A DNA stretch of 64,000 nt from NCBI RefSeq assembly GCF_009914755.1, contig NC_060936.1. One strand, given 5' to 3'. Positions within the stretch are counted from its first letter, which is position 1, and each line of letters begins with the position of its first letter. Shown here piece by piece: positions 55,381-64,000 of the stretch. The notes below the pieces were generated by a model that worked only from the letters and a program-made list of their open reading frames with translations, did not search any database and was not told where the DNA came from. The DNA comes from the human T2T-CHM13v2.0 reference genome, Homo sapiens. The position numbers were made by a program, and so were the translations under genes.

Positions 55381-58152
55381 GAGAAGGAAATAGATAAAAC
55401 TCAGGATGTCTGTCGCCAGATGAGAGTGCCACAGAGGGTATCAACTCCCTTTAGGAACAGAGTTCAATGATCAGTAGGATAAAAGCATCTACATTCATTT
55501 CATAGAGGCCACATTTCCAAGAAAAAATAACATAGAATGCAATATGTTAGCCCAAATAATCAGCAGAAAAGGAGAAAACATTATTCTTTATAACATTAAC
55601 ATTACAAGATATTAATTAACATTGTTAAAATACTTTGGAAAATTATTAGGCAGTACCTACTAAAGCTGAATATATGTATACCTGACAACCAACATTTCAT
55701 CCTTACATATTTGCCAACATGAATGAGAACATATGTTCACTAAAAGACACATTCTAAGATTGGCTTATTATTTAGTTATAAGTCATTGCAAAATCAAATG
55801 CTTTGAAAACTACAATTTTCTTGCAGAGAAAAAGAAATTAGGCAGTGGAATACTGAAAAATTTTTTAAAATTATGTATGTCTGTTTGTCGTTGTATTCAG
55901 GTACCAAACTGTATGTAGTGTGCCTTCTAATGACCAATTTAATCTCCATGGGTTATACTAAAAGTTGAAAGCAAAGGAAACACAAATCAAAATTTTAATT
56001 TATAATCTTTACCAATCGAAGGTGTATATTTCACTGTCCATTATGTTGCCCTATTCAGTGGAAGATACTTGAATCAAATTACTTTACTGTTAGAGTAAGA
56101 TTAATTAGCACAATGAATTTATCCACAATTATCAGTGTTACTTTTCAGAAATCTTTCACTTTTTGTTGCAGCTGGTTGAGGCTTTATTCAATTCAAATTC
56201 AAGCTGTTAAATCGAGGCTCTCAGACTCCTGCTGCCTGGCCAGTGGAGAAATTAACTTTCACATATGGCTTTGGGATTTCTCTCTGTCATCCTGGTCGAC
56301 GTGTTCTCTCATTTTTCTGAAGTCTGGGACCTCAACACAGACATCTGGGTGAAGGCCTTGACAGCAGCGCTGGTGCAAAATGAATTGTCACATCACACCC
56401 AACGTTCTCAACCTTTAGAATCTGAAAGTAAGAAAAACACCTCAAACGTAAGTACTGCATTTTTACATTCTCTTCTCAGATTTCAAGTGAACTGTCTTTT
56501 TATATTATATATATAGTTAGTTGATCATTTCTCAGCTGCTTTAACCATTAATATTTAAAATTTCATCTCACCCATGTGAGTAGAAGAAGTTCAAGACAGA
56601 GTCACATTTTTACACTTTGATATTCTTACACAGAGATATGACGGATAGAAAAGTGTGCACCCACAAACAGGTCTCTGAACCGCTTCTGATACCCTGACCT
56701 CTTTTGTTACCTGAATTGGGGCAACCTATTATGCCTTCTTATCAAATGTTGAGTAATTACTCTCAACACAGGGTCAGCAAAACTGTTATTTCTTTCAGTC
56801 TGAGGAGCTTGTACATTGGCTTAGGAAAAGTCCATCAGGGAAATGGGGACACATATGCCTAGACCACATTTATGTTAGAAATCCAGCGGTCTTTTTGTAA
56901 GCAATAGATGAAGTAATCTAAAAATGTACACACCCAAAGTAATAGACTATCTCTCTTGACTCCTGACTCTGTGAAAATAGGTCTTTATGCATATCTTTGT
57001 TTTTAGAAAACATTAAAGATTGAATAATTGAAGGCACTATGCTTGGTGCTGAAGAAGGTCTAAGGAGGTCTACACCACAGAGGCTGCACCCACTCCTCAG
57101 CCTTGCTGAGCCACACCATTCTCATCTCTACAGCATCCACCTCTCTTGGCTCTTGTAAGGATTGAGACATGCCACCAGGCTTACTGTAAGCACTGAACAG
57201 CTGGGAGGATTTGATGCTGTCCCACTGCCATACCAAGGGGCAAGTTTGCTGGACTTGCCTAGACCTTATAGCAGATTAAGTACTTTTATTTCACTGAACA
57301 AAGTTTAGAGATCATTTTACATCATTGAACAAAGTTTAGAGATTTGGAGAGTATTTGTTTTTAATTCCTATGGATCTGCTTATACTTCTCTTTTGCAAAT
57401 TGAAACACCGTAGAAGATTTTTTGGAACTTAGGTTGAGAGTTGTACATGGCTTCAGAGTTGCTGTGGATTTCTATCTCCATGGGGCCATCTGTCTCATCT
57501 GTCTATATAATGGTCATGCACTTTCCAGAGCCTGCTTCAATGTCTGCTATACTATGGCCACTCTGCCAGTGTTGTTGACAAACAGATGGGTTTTGATGGC
57601 AGAGAAACTTATATTTAGCAAGTCTTCCTTTTGCCCTTGAACTTTTCCACCTGTTGTTTGCACCAGCAACTCCCATGGAAAATGTGAAAAAGCAAAAAAT
57701 AAGGAATATTACAAGATGGGACTAACATTAAAATGTATGTTTTCATCAAACATGATCAAGAACCTACCGATGATTGAAGGTATCTAAAACCAAAGGAGTC
57801 CCTTAGATAAGATGTTACAAATCATTCCCAAGGGGTGGTGGGAAGGGGACATGGGATTTGAGGGCAGGTACAAAAGAGAACTTGTCTATAAACTTCTTTA
57901 ATCCTTAATAAAAATGTGCACTTTAGATATTATTATGTACTCCTATTCTACAGGTAAGGGACCAACCTTCAGGAGTTTACTTATCTTGCCAAAGGTCACG
58001 TTACTAGTTAGGAGGTAATCTCAGGGCAGGGACTCTGCCTTGTCATTGCTGAAGCCTTAGTTCTGAGAACAGCCTGGACTACAGTTCTGTGTTTAATATT
58101 TTTTTAAATAACTAATAATAAATATATTAGGTAGGGAAGTGGACCTTTAAAA

Positions 58153-58623
58153 CAGGCTTTCTCCACTGTATTAGTCTGTTCCCACACCGCTATGAAGAAC
58201 TCCCTGAGACTGAGTAATTTATAAAGAAAAGAGGTTTAATTGACTCACAGTTCTGCATGGCTAGGGAGGCCTCAGGAAACTTACAATTATGGCATAAGGC
58301 ACCTATTTATAGGGTGTCCGGAGAGAGAATGAGTGCAAGCAGAGGAAATGCCAGGCGCTTATAAAACTATCAGATCTCCTGAGACTCACTCACTATCATG
58401 GAAAAAGCACCCCAATTATCCAATTATCTCCACCTGGTCCCGCCATTGACAAGTGGGGATTATTACAGTTCAAGGTGAGATTTAGGTGGGGACACAAAGC
58501 CAAACCAGATCATCCACCTTGATATGATTGACATTTTGCATCAGATGACTTATCATCCTGGGAGGCCATCCTGTACACTGTAGAATTATTGACAGCATCT
58601 CGACCTCTACCCACTAGAGTAGC
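58153..58623 (-). mobile_element. MER20 (hAT) interrupted by a THE1/MSTA LTR
   Basis: CAGGCTTTCTCCAC|CTTG...ATTGACATTTTG...CCTGTACACTGTAG...CCTCTACCCACTAGA. Confidence 0.7.
58167..58512 (-). mobile_element. THE1D/MSTA-like MaLR solo LTR
   Basis: TGTATTAGTC...GAGGTTTAATTGACTCACAGTT...GGGGACACAAAGCCAAACCAGATCA; TSD TCCAC (58162-58166 / 58513-58517). Confidence 0.92.
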
Positions 58624-59394
58624 GTGTGGCTCTGTGATGCATTCCAGGGTGACCAAGCAGGGATTGTGTCTAGACAAGAGTTTCTGTTGAATTTTACCAT
58701 CCTATGAAGTATTTCGTGAGGGAACTCACAATGTGTCCAATCCCACAAAGATGCCAGAGAAAGGCTGCATTCATTCAGGTTGACTATAATGAGTAACAAT
58801 TTATTTTGGAATATTAATTAAATGGGTGTATGTGTTGTTGTTGCTGGTTTTTTTTGTAGACCAAATTTTGAATACAAATATCTGGTCCCTGAAAAATTAT
58901 TCCTGATTTGATTTTATCCAGTGTTGCAAACTGGGTTTCGTAAGTGACTCTTTTGTAAGGAGTTTCAGTGCACCCCGTCTGCAACCCATGCATATCTTAT
59001 TTACCCCCAAGCTTCTAAGGTAGAATCCTACTTTTTTCAAGTGCTATTGATTAGTTGCCTGTTTAGACTTTTGTTATATGATTTAAAATTTTAAAAATGA
59101 TAATCAAAATATAATATTGAACACAATTTAGGGCATTATGTCATAAATATTTACTAAGACAATGTTTGCATTTCATAATCTATAATACATATTGATTTTA
59201 GTATCACATTTACAGATTGATTCTGAGTAATCAGCACAGATTTCTAAAAGAAACTTTATGGGATGCTGAGACATGAATAAAAACAACTTTATTCCTTTGG
59301 AAAGGACAACCCACATGCTAAGAAGATGACACTACACGTTGTTATAGCCCGAAAGGCCCTCTTTCCACAGGGGAGCAGTGAAGAGTAGAGGTTG

Positions 59395-59655
59395 CCCATG
59401 TGGATTCCCAAGTCAGATAGATATGGATTCAGATCCCAGCTCTGCTGCTTGCTACCCAAGAGACCATGGACTGTGGACTCTTTAGGTCTCAGGGTTTTTG
59501 TTTGTTGTCTGTTTTTCACTTCCAAAACCAGAAAATGAGAAGATATTTTCCATAAGATGGCGGTGGTGAGTAAATGTAATTATATGTCTAAAGCTATGGG
59601 CATGAAAGCTTGGCACACATTTAAGTAAGTGCTTGATAAATGTTAATTCTTACAA
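59395..59655 (+). mobile_element. MIR
   Basis: AGTCAGA...GGATTCAGATCCCAGCTCTGC...TGGCACACA...GTGCTTGATAAATGTTA. Confidence 0.7.
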
Positions 59656-62048
59656 CTATTGGTATCATTTAGATTTAGGTTGCTGAGCTAGTGGGAAATA
59701 ATGTCCTTATCATGTGAGGAATCCCTATTCTCAAAAGGGGTTATTATCATTAGAATGCTAACTGTTTTCAAAACAGCTAATTGACCATTTTATTCAGAAG
59801 CACCATCTGCTACTCATTAGGGTCTAGGTTTCTGTCAGCTCACGGGTGCCCATATGTGAGTTGATAACCCTATTTCAGTCTTGGTTGTTGAATCCTCAGT
59901 GTCTGCGGTTGACTGACTATCAGGTATTTGCATCTCTGAAAGTAATTTTCAGCAGTGAGTTTTTAGTTAGGTTCTTTGGTTACAGTTCTGGATAATTAAC
60001 ACTAAAATGAGACATCTTAGAAGGCTTTGGCTCAGATAATTGAGAGAAGTGAATGTTGAACAAGATTCAGGAAGGGAAGAGCTGGGATACCCCAATGTCT
60101 GGATTTCATGCTCTTTTTCTCCAAGCACATCCACTGTGGGGCTTGGCCTCAATCCCCTAGATGTCTTCAATATAATCTTCAATTGTCAGGAGAAGAGAAC
60201 TTGATGGACCTTGCTTGGACAAAATGCCTTCACCGCTAACTCAGTCAGCTATGGCGATGGGTCAAGGACCTGGTGGTTTTACAGAGAAGACCCTTGGTCA
60301 AATCTTTGTGAATGAAGCAACCATTCTGATGTTCAATAACAGGGTAAGTGCTGGCCAATGATGTCATTATCGTCCATCCTGTGGCTTCCACACATCAGTG
60401 ATCTTATTAGATACCTGCAATTTCAACCCACTATATCAGAATTCCATAGGAATGAGTTGTTTTTAAAGTTCTTCAGAGTGAATTTGGATGCTCAGTCATT
60501 ATAAAGAACTATCTTCATCCTACAAAGACTGGTGTTTTTTCTTTCCTTGTTTATCTTGGAATTTTTTTCCAATTGCAGCCTTGAAAACCATTTCCAATAA
60601 TGTCAGAATTTGCTTAAAAGATTGTGAAAGACGGTAATCTGGATTGTAATACTGGGTCAAAGAGACCATACCAGGAGCCAACCATGCTAAATCTACAGAA
60701 TTTGTAAAATGACAAACTTTAAAATACAGAATTACAATGTTAAGACAAGTTCCATAGAGTGATAAGGTCTATGTGGTACTTACTATTTTACACACATTTT
60801 CCTACACTTAGTGTAACTGTCTCCTAATTAAATACAATTGTTTTAAATTAGCTGATGTGTGTTTTATGTGATATAGCTTTATATCCTAAGCCAGAATAAA
60901 AATATTCTGAGAGTGACAGTCTTTCTTCATTATTTCATCTCTTGTCCTGCATAATTTTGTTTTTAAGTTAGATTTTGATATTAAATTGGTAAAATAAATT
61001 AAAGGAAAAAATGAACACTAGGAAAACAAAACGAGGGAGATGGCTTCAGGCCAATTTATATTAACAAGGAAAAACACTACCCGTTCTTTTAAAAGCTTTT
61101 AAAAACAGTGACATTCAGGCTCTTCCATTTCTGTCTAGAATGCACCAGTTTATACCAAACTATCTGTACTATTGAGAACAGCAAAAATATCTGACCAAAA
61201 ACACCAAAGAGTGACATTTTAAAAGACATCAAAGAACTCTCAAGGCTTCCAGAGTTGGAAAGATCAAGAAAGAGAGAATGCAACTTCATTAAGGTGAGCC
61301 TAGAATTTTATGTTGTTTTTTCGTTCTAAGATATTTATTAGATTTTTAAGTGGTGCAGGCCAGAAAGGCTGAATAGAAAGTGTAAAATGTAGAATAGGTG
61401 AGCAGAGATTTTAGTCATCTCACAGTGATGGCGAAAAAAAATTGAGGTTATGGTTGCCATGGTAGGAATGAATTGAGGGGCCAGCATAACATGGAGAAGG
61501 GAGATCGGGTAAATAAGCCCAATGTTTGGAGCTAATTTTCCTCTCAACAAATTTACTGATGTGTCACCAAGGTCATATGTGAGGGCAGCAAAACTAAGCA
61601 CAAAGCAGTAGCTAAAAACTTAAATTTTAGAGTTTTCACAAGTCTTACAGTGCTGGGGTGCGAAACTGAAGTGTAGGATTCACCTAAAAGAAGGATCCTA
61701 TTGAACAACTCAGAATTAGATTGGGAACTCTGAAGGATTTTACCCTATAGGGATGAGAAAGCTAGCAATATCTCAGATGTATAAAGACTGAAACCCAGCC
61801 TCACATCCATCCATATTCCAGATTAGATAAAATTGATAATCTCCTACACAAACTATCTTCTATTAATATAAAGTATCTTCTATTCAGATTTATCCAGATG
61901 CTATAATTTTTATTTTATTATTCTAACACCAGACACAAAAAGGAACAGGATACAGAAGTGGAGGCAGTTCAGCGAAAAAGATGAGAAGAAGGAGAATGTC
62001 CACAAATAAATTTCACTTATAAAAGTTCAGATAAAAATTCTAGAACTG

Positions 62049-62603
62049 GGTTTTTACGGTTTTAGGTCTTATGTTTAAGTCTTTAATCCACCTTGAGTTA
62101 ATTTTTGTATAAGGTGTAAGTTTCAGTTTTCTGCATATGGCTAGCCAGTTTTCTCAACACCTTTTATTAAATGTGGAATCCTTTCCCCATTGCTCGTTTT
62201 TGTCAGGTTTGTCAAAGATCAGATGGTTGTAGATGTGTGGCATTATTTCTGAGGCTCTGTTCTGTTCCATTGGTCTATATATGAGTTCATGTCCTTTGCA
62301 AGGACATGGATGAAGCTGGAAACCATCATTCTCAGCAAACTAACACAGGACAGAAAGCCAAACACCGCATGTTCTCACTCATAAGTGGGAGTTGAACAAT
62401 AAGAAAACATGGACACAGCAAGGGGAACATCACACACCAGGGCCTGTTGGTTGGTGGTGGGCTAGGGGAGGGATAGCATTAGGAGAAACACCTAATGTAG
62501 ATGACAGATTGATGGGTGAAGCAAACTACCATGTCACGTATATACCTATGTAACAAACCTGCATGTTCTGCACATGTATCCTAGGACTTAAAGTATATAT
62601 AAG
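62049..62603 (+). mobile_element. 5'-inverted, truncated L1PA insertion
   Basis: Antisense ORF2 piece ~62049-62280 joined to a sense 3' end ~62281-62603; 15-bp TSD AAAATTCTAGAACTG (62034-62048 / 62604-62618). Confidence 0.93.
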
Positions 62604-62789
62604 AAAATTCTAGAACTGAAAAATATAAGTGAATTAAAAACATAGTGATTATATTTAAAAGCATGTTAGACACAGGTAAAGAGAGTTCTGGTGATTTCAA
62701 AAATACGTTGGTAGTAAATATTCAGATTTAAGAATAAAAAATAAAAAGAAGGGAAGACACACAGAAGCCATAGAGGTATGTAGGGGAGT

Positions 62790-63295
62790 GTTGTGGTTAT
62801 GTCTATGTCACAAACGTCTCCCAAACTTAGTGATGTAATAAAACCATATTATTATTAAATAGTTATCATGAATGAGTAATTTGGACAAAGGCACTGTAGA
62901 GCCAACTCACCGAAGCTCCATGATGTCTGGGGTGTCATCTAGGATGACACAAACTACTAGATGCAGAAATATCAAAGGTTGAGTATTTTATATGTCTGAT
63001 GCCTTTGTGTTCCCCCAAATGAGCTCTCTCTCCAGCAGATAATTCTTCTGTGGAATTTTTCAGTGACTCAACTCCAAATAGGAGCATTTCAAGAGTATGT
63101 ATTTCAACAAAGAAGTATTAGAAGATGACAGTGTCCTTGCAGTATCTTTTAGGGGCTATCAGAACATGATTTCTGCTATATTCTATCATCGGAGCCTTAA
63201 TAATGTTAACTATAATTCAAGGGAAGATCAAATAAACTTCACCTTTCAAGGAAAGGAGTAACAGAGAATGTGCAGGCATTTTTATACACCATTGA
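62790..63295 (-). mobile_element. Old MLT1 LTR
   Basis: CCCAAACTTAGTG...GCTCCATGATGTCTGGG...TTCTGCTATATTCTAT...TTCAAGGGAAG. Confidence 0.55.
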
Positions 63296-63377
63296 CATGG
63301 AAAAAAAAGTCCTTCAAGGATTTCCAGTTTCAGATTCTACCTATAAAGAGTTCAGAAGTCATTATTCATAGCCTTAC

Positions 63378-63380
63378 AAA

Positions 63381-63411
<31 letters not shown>

Positions 63412-63412
63412 A
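63378..63412. repeat. (AAAT)n microsatellite
   Basis: Directly visible. Confidence 0.93.
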
Positions 63413-63559
63413 TGAAATATACAGAAAGTCCATAACTTCTCTTGGACTCATCAGATAATTGAGATCACAGACCAAACTGACATCCCCAAATCTAAAGGGA
63501 CAAGCAAATCCAGAAAGACAGCACAAGTGAGATCTTTTTATGTGGAGTAGAAGCCACAA

Positions 63560-64000
63560 AAAATATAAACTTGAGAAGAAAGTCAGAGGCATTACATTAC
63601 CCAACTTCAAACTATACCACAAGTCTACAATAAACAAAACAGCATGGTACTGGTACAAAAACACACATAGACCAATAGAACAAAATACAGAACCCAGAAA
63701 TAAAGTCATACGCCTACAACCATCTGATCTTTGACAAAGATGACAAAAATAAACAATGGAGACAGGACTCCCTGTTTAATAAATAGTGCTGTGATAACTG
63801 GCTACTCATATGCCAAAGAGTAACACTGGACCCCTACTTCTCACCATGTACAAAAATAACTCAAGATGTATTAAAAACTTAAATGTAAGACCTCAAACTT
63901 TAAAAATCCCAGAAGAAAACCTAGGAAATACCATTCTGGACATCAGCACTGACAAAGAATTTATGAGTAAGTCCTCAAAAGCAATTGCAACAGAAACAAA
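63560..64000 (+). mobile_element. L1 (L1PB/MA-like) ORF2 fragment, runs off the window
   Basis: [12 protein letters not shown]...KTAWYWYKN peptide; CTGATCTTTGACAAAG and GAAGAAAACCTAGGAAATACC. Confidence 0.92.

Noticed and set aside
57420-57680. Coding-like composition, possibly a very old LINE or pseudo-exon
   Set aside because: I could not match any frame to a family with confidence
61020-62033. Possible old L1M 5' region
   Set aside because: Plausible from composition but too diverged to assign without an alignment

Overview
This is primate (human-like) nuclear DNA. It is AT-rich, repeat-dense and intergenic or intronic in character. I see no intact protein-coding gene, rRNA, tRNA or CRISPR array; most ORFs in the supplied track come from Alus, LTRs, LINEs or microsatellites. 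The one recognisable gene-derived sequence is a full-length, frameshifted processed pseudogene of FAM32A on the minus strand (~47931-49295, CDS-equivalent 48942-49278). The rest is a transposon fossil record: 16 Alus (J, S and Y types, many with target-site duplications, TSDs); old and younger L1 fragments, three with 5' inversions; MIR and L2; DNA transposons (MER8, MER82, MER102, Charlie1, MER20); a truncated HERV-L with an MLT2A LTR; and a dense run of LTRs at 33-45 kb (MER41-like, LTR27/MER50-like, LTR17, MER4A, THE1, LTR10). The most unusual local signals are a perfect 22-bp hairpin inside an old AluJ, a consensus DUX4 site in the MLT2A LTR, a CpG-rich CTCF-like patch and a MIR-fused ORF at the pseudogene, and several splice-signal-bounded candidate non-coding exons, one resembling a recursive splice site. 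I do not see evidence for a novel multi-gene system. Repeat subfamily names come from recalled consensus sequences, and boundaries are approximate unless a TSD is quoted.
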